Notes: generated by a model not told the origin, from the letters alone. Shown: positions 11,136 to 22,944, counted from the stretch's first letter. The stretch: DNA of 38,255 nucleotides from Octopus bimaculoides (GCF_001194135.2 NC_068996.1:32219461-32257715); one strand, 5' to 3'. Numbers and translations: made by a program.

Positions 11136-12708
11136 TACTGTAATTAAATGCACATCTTTTCTAAGATCTGCTGTGTTTAAGAGATCTGAAATCACTTGAA
11201 GTATATATCTGTGTTGTATGTAATTACTGAAAAACCTTTGTTGATATACTGAGAAGGAAGTGATTTACTATCGTGTGCAATCGGAATGTAGGCGGGCGTG
11301 TTGGTACCCGCCTTTCGATATTACCGAAAGTACATATGGTTCTCTATTAGGTGATGGGTGTGTAGATGTGTGTGTGTGTACGTTTGTGCGCGAGCGCATG
11401 TGTGTATGCGTATGTGTGTGTGCGAGCACGTGTGGGTGTGTATGTGTGTGTGTATGTGTATGTATACATACATGCTGATATGTACATACATTTCTAGCTG
11501 TAAATGTATGTTATTTAACGTATGTTTTGGTGTGCGTATGTATCTAATTGCGTTTACATTTTTAACGTAATTCTTGCCTATCTATTTATATGTCAGTTCT
11601 CTTTTTAGTTTTTCCGTGTTCACACATATATGCGCATGCTTTTAAGAAAACATATACAAGACATAAACATAAAAATACATTTGAAAGTGAAGAGTGTTGT
11701 GAGCACTTAAAATACATTTCTATATGTGCGTCTGTGTTCGAGTGTGTGTGCGTGAATTTATTTCAGTGCATGTCTGGACTTCATACATAAATGTATCTTT
11801 GTGAAAGTCAGTTTGTTCATGTGTGCTATCACTTCAGAACACACACACACACAACACACAACACACACAACACACACAACATACACACATATAACCATGC
11901 ACACACACTCATCAGAAGACACGTGTGTCTGTTATCGTTTTGATGAGTAAAATTTGTGTTGTAAAGGAAATTGTCTTTACGTATATACGCATGTTTGTGT
12001 GTGTATGTGTATGTAAGAGACGAATAGAGAGAGTGGGAAAGGGAGAAAGAGAGAGAGTGGGAAAGGAGAATGAAAGAGAGAAAGAGGCAGACAGACAAAC
12101 AGACAGAGGAAGAGGGAAAAGAAGAGGTATCACAAAATAGATAGATGGACGTATCGTCAGTCAGCCATGAGAGTGAAATAGTAAATTCAGGGAGTGTGAG
12201 AGGGGAGACAATGTGAGAGTCTGGGAGAGAGGTGTGTAGGGATATAAATGATTTCAGGTTTCCGCGCCCCTCTAGGCAATTCACTTCCAATGATATCTCG
12301 CCTAGCTTGTCGTGTGTCGGGTTTGATCGTTGGCAGATGGATCTTTTGATGGCAAGGCGACAGCCGCTATAGGAACGAACACAAACAATTATTCTGAAAG
12401 TGTCTCCCTTCGCCTAACGGGCGACTTGAAATGACATCTTTTACACACGACGGCAGTCTGTCGTCGATCATTTACTACTACCACTGCCACGGTGTGTGTA
12501 TGTATGTGTGCACGCGCGCGTGTGTGTGTGTGTGTTACATGTGGATGGAGGGATAGGGAGATATGAAGTAAACGACTGAAGATATTTTTTTTGTTTCAGT
12601 GACATTCTGCACGCACACATAAGTGTATCTGTGTGTCTTTGAGTGTATGTGCAGACATATGTGCCTGTTTGAGTGTTCCTTAAATGGCTGAGACGTTATA
12701 ATGTGTGT

Positions 12709-12746
<38 letters not shown>

Positions 12747-12981
12747 CAGTGTGTCTGTTTGTGAACTGGTGTCAGTGTACGATGAAAGGGAAGTATTAGA
12801 AGATATTGCAAGGTGAGAAAAAATGAGGTTGGTGGTTGGTTGGGTGGTAGTAGCGGGAATGGGATTCGGAAAGAAGATAGACAGAAGAATGACACCATCA
12901 ACAACAATCAAGACGAAATGAAAGAGATAAGAAGAAACAAGATTATATGAATGAAAAAAAAGGAGTGAGATCGGGAAATAG

Positions 12982-12982
<1 letters not shown>

Positions 12983-13031
<49 letters not shown>

Positions 13032-14057
13032 CGAGAGAAAAACAGGTAGAGACAGAGAAGGGAAGTAAATGTTTATACAGAGGGATTGAGTGGTGAAGCA
13101 GAGAGAGGATCTTAGAGAGATGGAAAGGTAGACAGATATGGGGAGAGGGATGAGAGAAATGCGAATGAGGGATTGAAGAGAGATTGAAGTGGAGAAAGGA
13201 ATTATAAATAGGGTAAGTGTGATATGTAGGTGGCAGTGATAATGGAGGCAGTGTGTAATGTATTATGGAGATTGAAGGTTTGTATTTCACTGTGACAGCT
13301 AGAGAAAGCTGTGTTAAGTATCTTACAGCAGTTTTCCTTTTCGGAAATGACGATTATCTTCGGAACATTAACAATCATTGTTGTGGTACAATATATGAAA
13401 GTGGTTGAGGTGGTGGTGGTGGTGGTGGTGGTGGTGCTGCTGCTGGTGGCGGCGGCGGCGGCGGCGGCAGTGGTGGCGGTGGTAGTGGAAATCGTAGTGG
13501 TGGTGTTGAGTTGTAGTAATGGTAGTAGTGGAACTGATTGTTGCCGTAGCAGTGGTGGCTAATGCGAAAGTGGTGATGGGAGCGATTGTAGCAGTCGTAA
13601 CAGTGGTGTAGCGTTGTAGTAATGATAATGTAGTTTGAGTTGATGGCATAATTTAATGATAATATTATGTGAATATTAGATATAACAATGCAAATGTACA
13701 TTATGTTATTGTTTAGCCTCACGCCAATCTTTGTAGAGAAAATCTATAACAAAATTTGTCACGACCGTCCTTTAGGTGTTAGTACCTATAGTCCCTACAT
13801 TACTTCATATTTCCTTAAAATATTTAAGAATGTACGATGATTGGCTATTATTTCTAGCAGGTCGAAGCTCCTTTGTTTGGTTGACAAAATTAAAGGTGCA
13901 AAAGGAGTATGTGTGAACACTAATAATACTATATGACCACTATAATTGATAGAGGGATGTATGTATGGTGATAGGTAAGGTACAGGTGTATATATGTGAC
14001 AGATATGCTGATAATAGTAATAGCAGCAGCAGCAGCAGCAACAACAACAACAACAAC

Positions 14058-14115
<58 letters not shown>
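12983..14115. repeat. (AG)n, compound (GGT/GGC/AGT)n and (AGC)(AAC)(AGT)n microsatellites
   Basis: Runs at about 12983-13027, 13385-13630 and 14012-14115. Confidence 0.92.
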
Positions 14116-14306
14116 TGCTTGAATGTTTGACTGTGTCACGTTTCAGACAATTTTTATGTAGATGATGTCGTAGGTTTAGCTTAAACTGTGTTTTGAATAA
14201 CCGAACAACATTTTATCAAAACCATTTGATTCTTGAATTTCACGCCTTCTTTTCGGGCAGTTTTTACTTGAAGTATGTCATACAATGCCAAGTTCTATTT
14301 AAAATA

Positions 14307-14534
14307 TTGGGTTGTCCGGAAAGTTCGTGCCGATTTATAGTAGCTTACTTTTCGACTTATTTGCCATGAAACCACCTCAATTCTGGGAAGAGGTTATTTT
14401 CAAGTTAAAAGAGAGATGGAGACGCATTGTGTAACAAAATGGTTCATATTTGGTTGAATAAAAATGTAATGGCAAGTATTTATAGACTTTTTTCTTTCCT
14501 TTAAAAATCGGCACGAACTTTCCGGACAATCCAA
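14307..14534 (+). mobile_element. Non-autonomous mariner derivative (228 bp) with 30-bp TIRs and TA target-site duplication
   Basis: Left TIR TTGGGTTGTCCGGAAAGTTCGTGCCGATTT (14307-14336) and right TIR 14505-14534 differ at 1 of 30 positions. TA flanks both ends. The interior encodes a mariner C-terminus, KPPQFWEEVIFKLKERWRRIV*QNGSYLVE*. Confidence 0.92.
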
Positions 14535-15399
14535 TAGTATGTCACAGTTTAAGGATTATTTAGCTGGAACTTCTAGGTAGTCAAATCATTTCAATGAAGC
14601 TATATATCATTGTCCCAACCTTATAACATTAGATGGATGATGGAGTAGGGAATGATATTCGGAATAGACTACATATTCCAAAATAAAGCAAAAACTTAGA
14701 AGAAATTTGGATGACTACTAAAGAAAAAAATGTAGTAATTTAAAGAAATTTAGATTTAATCTAACGGAAAACTGAATTTTCATACATAAGAGGAACACGC
14801 GATCTTTATTGGCAGTGCAGATAACATTTATGGACATATTTTGGTTTTATTAGTGGATACTTAAATCAGCACCTGCTATTATGCGGATATTGTACTTTAA
14901 TATTATGCAAGTTCACTCCCACATTGAAATAACTGAACTGTCTTCTCATCTGGTCCAGCAGACTTTATTCATAAGATTTTTCCCCAAAATCATCTTCAGA
15001 AGCTGCTGGTGTAGTTTTTAAATTGGCTTCGAGGTTTTTCTTGAAATTAACCAAAATGTCTTTTGTTGATTTTGATCCCCTAACTAAACCACCAATTGCA
15101 TTTCCACTTCAAAAATTAAAATACCATGCTGCTAGGTAATAACTGTAGCTGACATTGGAACAAATTCTTTTAAATGTCCTGTTATTTTTAGCGCCTTATG
15201 AAATTGTACCGATCTTTGACCAACTGCATTCTAACACTTTTTTTCAGTAATTAATACCAGTATGTTTTTTGGTCATAAATGACTCAATGTGTGTGTGTGT
15301 GCGTGCGCGTGCACGTGTTTGTATTGTGTATGTGTGTTTGTGTATGTGTGTGTTTGTGTGCATATGTGAGAGAGAGATTACATACTGGATATATGTAAG

Positions 15400-16135
15400 G
15401 TTGTCCAGGCTTGAGTTTATATACAACGACTAGTATAGCAGCATTTAGTCAACTGCTGCAAAGTGAAAGATGATGCCAGAAACAAAAATAATTACAAATT
15501 TATCAAATTTCAGCACCAGGTCATGAAATTTACAGAGTGTGCCATAGCACAACTAGATAGGAAATGAGTTAGCCTACATGAGATGGAGCTTGCACTACTG
15601 GGGCTATCTTCTTTGTAAGGTAACTGCTGGAGAAGCATTTAGCAAAACATTAACCGCTGCACTTGACATTTGTCCAGATGGAGAATGCGTTCGCTTACAC
15701 ATCTGGTGGCCTATGGGGAAGCTAGGGGTAGATGAGGGTTGGTGAGAGCCTTCTAACCCATGTACAAAAATGCTATCAGTAAGGTGAAAGACGACAATGA
15801 GTTCAGCAACGAATTTAGTGTGCAAGTAGGAGTTCACCAATGATTGGTTCTCAGCTCTATATTGTTCATCATAGTTCTCCAGGCCATAACAGAGGAATTT
15901 AAGACCTGTTGCCCTTGGAATCTCTTCTATGCTGATGACCTTGTTCTTATAACTGAATCCCTTTTAAAGTTAGAGAAGAAATTTCAAGTATGGAAGCAAA
16001 GAATGGAGTCTAAGAACCTTAGAGTTATTTTAGCAAGGACTAGAGAACTAGTAAGCAGGAACGCAGACAAGTTACTGATCCCTTCAGAGATGTGACTGTT
16101 CAATATTCAGAAAATCTGTAGGTAGAAATTCAACT
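15400..16135 (+). mobile_element. RTE-clade non-LTR retrotransposon RT fragment (decayed)
   Basis: ND*YSSI.VNCCKVKDDA..NNYKFIK..QVMK, TTGAIFFVR*LLEKHL, LTFVQMENAF, IWWPMGKLGV, FSVQVGVHQ..VLSSILFIIVLQAITEEFKT.CPW.LFYADDLVLI (YADD at 15928-15939), KFQVWKQRMESK. Confidence 0.9.
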
Positions 16136-16571
16136 ATTTATTTATTTTCTTGTTTCTAATTGAAAATAAATGAAGGTAAACGTAAATAGATGCTCTCTTG
16201 TCGTTCCAGTCACACACACACATGCACACAGACACAGTCACAGACACAGACAGACACACGCAGACAAACTTACACACACACACATACGTGTGTAAAAAAT
16301 AAAGCTGTACACTGGAAAAAGATTGTAGTTTTCTTCTTATACTTTAGATAAGATATAGAAATTCACCAAATGTTAGATGATCGTATGCCAGAGATATCAG
16401 TGATATGACATTTATTAATTCTACGGCATAATACATAAATAGGGTCCGCTCTAATAATTTTATTGGACGAGTGTTTTCTAGAACTAAACTGGTAACCGTG
16501 TTTCACTCATATCATATATCTCAAAGCTGACAAGTGACATGTAAACCACATGTTCATGTTTGCTCTCTCAG

Positions 16572-16610
16572 GTGTAGAATTCAAATGACGATAAAAAGAG
16601 ATATGAAAAT
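16572..16610 (+). CDS. Candidate 39-nt symmetric (phase 2-2) exon, CRIQMTIKRDMK
   Basis: Acceptor TTTGCTCTCTCAG and donor GTAAGA. Only the phase-2 frame is open, which is compatible with the 5470 and 37276 candidates. Short enough to be chance. Confidence 0.2.
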
Positions 16611-16776
16611 GTAAGAAGCACTTATTGGTATAGCATGTAAAGAAAGTTTTTACATTATAAACATCAGTTATCTGGGAATCGCTTTTAATATTCAGATGAA
16701 TAACATAATGTTATTGCTACAATGTAAATGTGGCATATATAATACAACAGGTTTAGAATAGAGAATATTTTTCCAG

Positions 16777-16778
<2 letters not shown>

Positions 16779-16810
<32 letters not shown>

Positions 16811-16820
16811 NNNNNNNNNN

Positions 16821-16850
<30 letters not shown>
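16779..16850. repeat. (AT)n with a 10-N gap (16811-16820)
   Basis: Directly visible. Confidence 0.96.
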
Positions 16851-16853
<3 letters not shown>

Positions 16854-16855
<2 letters not shown>

Positions 16856-17604
16856 GAGGCGACTCCAAATCGTCAGTGTCACTCCGGCTCGTCACAGATT
16901 TCACTTAGAATACATGCCTGCTCGAAGAATTTCACGTTTTGCTGCAATATTTCTAGCCCGAAATGGCTTGTTTTTTTAATATCTAGCACTATGTATTTCT
17001 CCATTTCTAAGTTAAGGGTAAAATTAAAGGAACCCTGCAAAACACAACTGATATTTACTCACAGACGCACAGAATAACAACAATCAAATAACGACAGGGG
17101 AATGCACAGCAAACATCAGCGATCTGATATCTTGACAAGATATACCAGTTAGTTTTTTTATAGTTACTAGTTTCGTTCGTATTAGCCCGAGTTGCTGGAT
17201 AATTTTTCGTTCCTTTAAGAATATTGTAGAACAGAAACTTTTCATAGATTGGAATTTAAATCCTAATTTCTATAGAAATTTATTGTTCCAAGAAAACATT
17301 TAATTTGAATTACTTTTAATTTTTACGATTATAGATAACAACTCGGACTGTAACTTCTGAGCCCGAGTCAGGTGCGTGTAAATGATATCGAGAGAACGTC
17401 TGCCACGAATGATATTTTGGGACACAGGGCACCTCTAAGATGACCACCAGACGCTGAACAAAAAGAAATGGTCTGCGACCAGGCTCAATAAAAGGAGCTG
17501 AGTTACTGGCTGCAATTACATACTTGAAGTCAGTTTTGGCAGAAACTAAATCAGCTTAAATCATTTTACTAAATTTATCAGCTCTAGTGCCAGAGTCGCC
17601 ACTG
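16854..17604. mobile_element. Putative non-autonomous TIR DNA element (hAT-like termini) inserted in (TA)n
   Basis: CAGAGGCGACTC (16854-16865) and GAGTCGCCACTG (17593-17604) are 11/12 inverted complements, with (TA)n on both sides. AGCCCGA recurs at 16955, 17184 and 17360. No ORF. Confidence 0.55.
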
Positions 17605-18301
17605 ATATATATATATATATCGTATATATACACGCAAATATACACAGGTACGAGAGTTGCATTCACATTCGAATAGATCATTAGGAATATTCTTTAAATC
17701 TATACTTTCTTTTCTTATTAATTATAATTATAACCCCCGAATGAAAATCAAAGCATAAAATACATTGTATAATCGTGTCTCACATTTTTATATTAATATA
17801 TTACATTGGTGATTTATGATTCATGACATTTGATGCTGTTTAATTCACAATATATAAATAGCAGGAGATATTTCTTAATTTTCAAGCTACAGTTTCCACC
17901 CATTTCATTATCACCTTCATCATCATTACCACATAATTTTTTTTTCCAATAATACCATGGCAACAGGGAATACAGGTCATTATCACCGCATTAATTATGA
18001 CCGAACTTTTGACTAAATTAATCATAGTTTAAAGTCGATATAACACATTTCGCTGACATTAGTTGCCGTAATGGAATTGATTATAGGTGTCAGCTTCAAA
18101 TGAAGCATAGTTTAAACTGGAACTCACAGGGAGGTGGTATTGGGAGTTAATGTGCGATGGAATCGAGATAAGTAATTCATTTCTGTTTTTTCCTTTTTTT
18201 TTTTTTTTGCATGCGGATGTCCTAAAAGAGATGCTTAAAATGCTTTGTTTTAATTATTGTTGTTGTTTTATTGTTGTAGTAGTAGTTGTTGTTGTTATTA
18301 T

Positions 18302-20100
18302 TAGCCAAGAAGTTGGCGCTTGTCGTCGATAAACTGGCCTGTGAAGTGCAGACATACGCTATCCCAAACAGATTTGTCCATGACAACCTACATTTCATGC
18401 ATTATGTCACAGAAAAGGTTGGTAAGGAACCTGGAATAGGTAGGGCCCTGATCTGTTTGGATCAATCGAAAGCTTTTGTTAGGGTCGATCACCAATACTT
18501 AAAGACTGTTCTCGCATCGGCTGGTTTCGCTCCTATTTTCAGAATCTGGATTGCTGGAATGGTCAAAGTCACTTCACGGAATCATTTAGCATCGTACGTT
18601 TAATCCACTAAAGATACCCGCTCTTACCCCTTCTGTATGTGGTGGCTCTCAAGCCATTACTACGTAAGCTGGATGTTTCGAGGGGCATTCCGCATGAACT
18701 GGAATGTGGAAAGTTTGTGTCACCTTATGCCGATGACGTCACCGTAATAATATCGGACATCTCGAAAATCGAGGTGATCAGCACTATCATAAGGGAAGTG
18801 GTAACGCGAGTAAATATTAACCAAGAGAAGTTGGTGGACCTGCAGCTCGGCACCTGCAAAGGCAGGTCTATGCCATCAGACAGCGTCGTAGGTCGCTGGA
18901 TGGAAGAATCGGTTAAATTCCTCGGGGTCTAATTTAGTCCAGACCTCTAGGTAGGCAGGAACTGGGGAGGGAGTGACAAGCAGAGTGGCCAGTCTCACTA
19001 AGAAATGGGCAGAGGAGAAGCTGTTTCTGAAAACTCAAGCGCAGGTGGTTAATTCGTACATCGCTTCCATCGTCCCTTGTCCTGCTTCGTGACTGATCAA
19101 CCTGGAGCGTTTGTTCCACCGCTTTCTGAGGAAGGGATGTGTTCCGCTCGTAAGACGGTTCATCTGCTGTCAGCAGCCGCTGAGTTGAGGATTAGACATG
19201 CCGTAGCTAATGATGCGCAGGTGAGCAGGTGAGGTCGTCGTTTTTCAGAATGGATTTTTCTGCAGCTTGTCTCATTGACGGAGCAATAGTTCTGAATCAA
19301 GCATAGAGCGAGGAAGGGTGTTTGGCACCTGGAATGTTGGCAAGTACTCAGCCCTCTGACAGTCGATCAATGCGTTCCTTGGAGGTTGCACACTGGAATT
19401 CTATAGGGGATTAGAAAAGCGATGGCGTTCTAGGGTAATCATTGAGCATCAGGGGAGATCAATTGGCTGGTATTTTCTGGAGGTCTTTCTGGCTGGGGAC
19501 TATGGATAATTGCCGTATCCGGCAGTGCTACCGGAAATCTCTTCCGGTTCGAGAAAGCTCTACAAGTATGAAAGTGCCGTTAGACGGACCTGTTCAAGAT
19601 GTGCGTAGAATGATGAAATTGCTGACGGGTGAAACTTTATCGAACAGCTTTTGTCGCGTGTAGGACGGATCCGATTATCGGCGGAGTCCATCGGGAAAAT
19701 AACCCTGCTGCTTTCTTTTGGGGCGGGAAGGACAGGCAGTTTTCCCCTGTCTGGTGGTTGTAGTAAATAAAAGGTAGATGAGTGTGGCGAGGATGTCCTT
19801 TGTGGATGGGCCTATTCTGAGTATGCACCAGTAGGCTGGAGGGAATGGAGAGGGAAGGTGTGCCCGGCCGAGATACTCTTGGCGTTCGGGTTATCAAGGA
19901 TGTGTTAGATTCCTTGGATGCCTTTAGGTGAACTTTACCCCCTTTTCGGGAATTTTATTGTTCGAATTTTTTTCATGTTAAGTGTTATTGTTTATAATGC
20001 TTTACACGCAGTGTATGTAAAACGCCACTGTTCTTTGTTTTGTATTATCCTTTGTTTTTGCGTTTGGGCTTTGTAGCCAATAAAATATTATTATTATTGT
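18302..20100 (+). mobile_element. Tx1/L1-clade LINE, 5'-truncated ORF2 (RT to C-terminus) with 3' UTR and AATAAA/(TTA)n tail
   Basis: QTYAIPNRFVHDNLH, ALICLDQSKAFVRVDHQYL, PLLPLLYVVALKPLLRKL, PYADDVTVII (YADD at 18726-18737), VKFLGV*FSPDL and LERLFHRFL; AATAAA plus a (TTA)n run at about 20079-20140. Confidence 0.9.
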
Positions 20101-20140
20101 TATTGTTATTATTATTAATTATTATTAATAATAATATTAT

Positions 20141-20349
20141 GAAGGTGCCGAACTAGCAGAATCGTCAGCACGCCGAGCGAAATACATTTCGTCCGTCTCC
20201 TCGTTCTAAGTTGAAACTCCGCTGGGGTCAGTTTTGCCTTTGATCATTTCAGGGTCGATAAAATAAGTACCAGTTGAGTACTGGAAACAATCAAATCGAC
20301 GTATCCCTCCTCCGAAATTGCTAGTTTGGTGCCAAAATTTGAAACCATT
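20141..20349 (+). mobile_element. tRNA-derived octopus SINE (family 2)
   Basis: GAACTAGCAGAATCGTCAGCACGCCGAGCGAAAT...GGGTCGATAAAATAAGTACCAGTTGAGTACTGG...CCAAAATTTGAAACCA; collinear with the copy at 22737-22943. Confidence 0.82.
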
Positions 20350-20367
20350 CTTCTTCTTCTTCTTCTT

Positions 20368-20448
<81 letters not shown>

Positions 20449-20477
20449 TTATTGTTGCTGTTGTTGTTGTCGTCGTC

Positions 20478-20532
<55 letters not shown>

Positions 20533-20533
20533 T
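20349..20533. repeat. (TTC)n(TTA)n(TTG)(GTC)(TAG)n compound microsatellite at the SINE tail
   Basis: Directly visible. Confidence 0.96.
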
Positions 20534-21467
20534 AGTTAGGTCAGCTGGCAGATTCGTTAGTGTAATCATTTATACTCAGGAATATACTTCAACACTGCAA
20601 AAGTTTGTTAGTATACTCTTTCATCGATTCTGGGTTGGAGTAAGGCAAAACGGGAAGATTTGAACTTAAGTTAGAAATTTTCTAAAAGATTTAATTCGTT
20701 GCCCCACATTGAAATTGCTGTGAACATTTTATACAAGTCTCTAACGCGTGTTGACTTTGTTCTAGAGAGATGTTTTTACAAATTACAAAATCTTGGCTTT
20801 TGTTGGATTCTTCAGGAAGAAAAAGAAATTCCAATCCTTCCTTGTTGCCTTTGGATTTAAACATTCTGAGAGGGGAGTTTTTGTGTTTAATTGCGTAGAT
20901 AACCTCAGTTTACTGAAGAATTTTTAACTAACTTTGTTACATATGTGAGATCCCACCGCATTTGTATTTAGTATGAAGAACATTCTTCAGAGGCATTTTA
21001 TCTCCGCTATATTGTTAACATTGTTTTGCTTCATAATAACAATAGTTTTATTTCACCATTTTCCAATTTAAGAAGATTCAATTTAGATTCACTTTATCTC
21101 TCTTCAATAGAATTATCGTAGATATTTTATTGTCTAAAATACCAACATTGTTTGTTTTCCTCATTTTCAAAAGACAATATATGTTTTGGTGTCACCATCA
21201 TCTTTTTTGTAAAGTTAAAATATTGAATACATTTATTTTTCTCTACAATCTCTATTGTTAAATGACTTCCCTTCTCAATAAGTGTACAAAATATCAAATT
21301 TCCCTAAATATACTCTTTATCGTTTTATTGACCAATATAATCTTCAAAAATTCTACATTTACTAAATATCGATCTCTTTTTCTTCTAAACTAAACACTTC
21401 TCAGAAGAGGTAGTTTATTATCAATCAGTCTGATAGTGTTAATCACCATATCCATCAATCCGTCTCC

Positions 21468-21511
21468 CCCCCTCTCTCTCTCCTCTCTCTCACCCTTTCT
21501 CTCTTTCTTTC

Positions 21512-21547
<36 letters not shown>
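21468..21547. repeat. (CT)n-rich tract
   Basis: Directly visible. Confidence 0.92.
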
Positions 21548-21550
<3 letters not shown>

Positions 21551-22049
21551 CCCTCTACGTACCTGACTTTCTCTCATTTCAGTTTCTCTCTTTTTCAGCA
21601 TCTTTGTCTGCCCGTCTATTTGTCTGTCGCTTCCTATCAGTTAGTCTCTGCGTCAATCTATTTCAGCAATGTCTCTCATTATTGGTTTTCTCCACTATCA
21701 CTTTTTATTTCTCAAAATGTCTCTATAAGTCTGTCTCTCTCAACCTGTTTCTCTCTTTCTAACGTTAGGTTCTTTTCCCTCCTTCTCTTGCTTTATCAAT
21801 ATAAAACTGAACTCATTGCAGTAGAAAGTACTACTATTGGATCAATTAGAATTTAAATGTAATACTACTTCCCAGATAACAATGATCCATACAGTTGATG
21901 TTCAAGTGCAGATCTTTGGCTGCTGAGCGTGGTAGCTTTCCCAAAGACAAAATTATCCTGACAAAGGAACGTAGAATAAAGTCTTATCAGGTCACTCAAA
22001 GAAAGGCGAACCGAAAAGACAGTCTATGACGTGGTGGTGAAATAACTTG

Positions 22050-22175
22050 ACAAGGCTTCGATAGGTCCAAGGCTAACATAGAAGACATTTACCCAAGGTG
22101 CCACACCATAGGACCGAACCCTGAACGATGTGGGAAGCAAACTTCTTAGCACACAGCCATGCCTGTGCCTGTATA
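22050..22175 (-). mobile_element. SINE family 1 head fragment
   Basis: Reverse complement gives GGCACAGGCATGGCTGTGTGCTAAGAAGTTTGCTTCCC..GGTTCGGTCC..TGGCACCTTGGGTAAATGTCTTCTA, matching the head of the 29338 copy. Confidence 0.75.
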
Positions 22176-22736
22176 ACTGGAAATAGTTTCGAAAAAGAAA
22201 CTGACAACGAGATTTTGTCAAAACCTAATTGGAATTAAATAGCATGAGTTGCACATTTAAACCCTATGTGAATAGATATGACATACATCATTATAGCTTA
22301 CAGTTTAATAAATAAAAAAAAGAAAGAAAACACATTGTCATTCTCAGCATCGTAACCATAATGAACTATCATCATCATCATCTTAATAACAAATTTGGCG
22401 TCAACAAAACTAAATGGTATAATACGATATTGGAACTATGTAAATGGAAGAAAAAGTAAATAAAAGAATGCTGAAAAATATTCATCTAAATGTTTATTTA
22501 CATTTTGAATTTGGAAATTAAAAATATATTTATCTTACATTGCAAGTAAAATATTTTCTGTGTGACAAAAATATAATCAGAGAAGAAGGGGAAAATATAG
22601 ATTGAGAGAGAGAGAGAGACAAAGACAGAGATAGCGAAGTAAAACGGAAGGGATACCATACCCAACAAATTCCAAATTTAACAAAAGACACAGACAAGAA
22701 TATAGAGAAATAAATTGCTTAAGACTACTGCATAGT

Positions 22737-22943
22737 AACTGGCGGAAGAGTTACCATGCTGGGCAAAATGATTTGCGGCATTTTGCTTGTTTTTACGTTC
22801 TGAGTGCAAATTCTGCAGGGTCGAATTTGCCTTTCATCCTTTAGGGGTCGATAAAATATGTACCAGTGGAGCATTGGGGTCGATGCAATCGACTTACCCA
22901 TCTCCGGCAGACTTGCTGGCCTTGTGCTAAAATTTGAAACCAG
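22737..22943 (+). mobile_element. tRNA-derived octopus SINE (family 2), abutting the truncated 3' end of the R4 relic
   Basis: TTACGTTCTGAGTGCAAATTC..GTCGAATTTGCCTTTCATCCTTTAGGGGTCGATAAAAT..TACCAGT..GGGGTCGATGCAATCGACTT..AAAATTTGAAACCA; collinear with 20141-20349. Confidence 0.82.
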
Positions 22944-22944
22944 T

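Noticed and set aside
10527-11195. Long ORFs containing X runs (also 31931-32572 and 33136-33795)
   Set aside because: Artefacts of N gaps.
12301-12312. 12-mer CCTAGCTTGTCG shared with about 33972
   Set aside because: Exact 12-mer matches are expected by chance in 38 kb, and the flanks do not align.
13311-13722. Pro-rich, His-rich and Val/Ala-rich ORFs
   Set aside because: Alternative frames of a (GGT/GGC)n compound repeat.
18028-18135. Open frame FKVDITHFADISCRNGIDYRCQ...
   Set aside because: No polypyrimidine tract, weak donor and no recognised motif.
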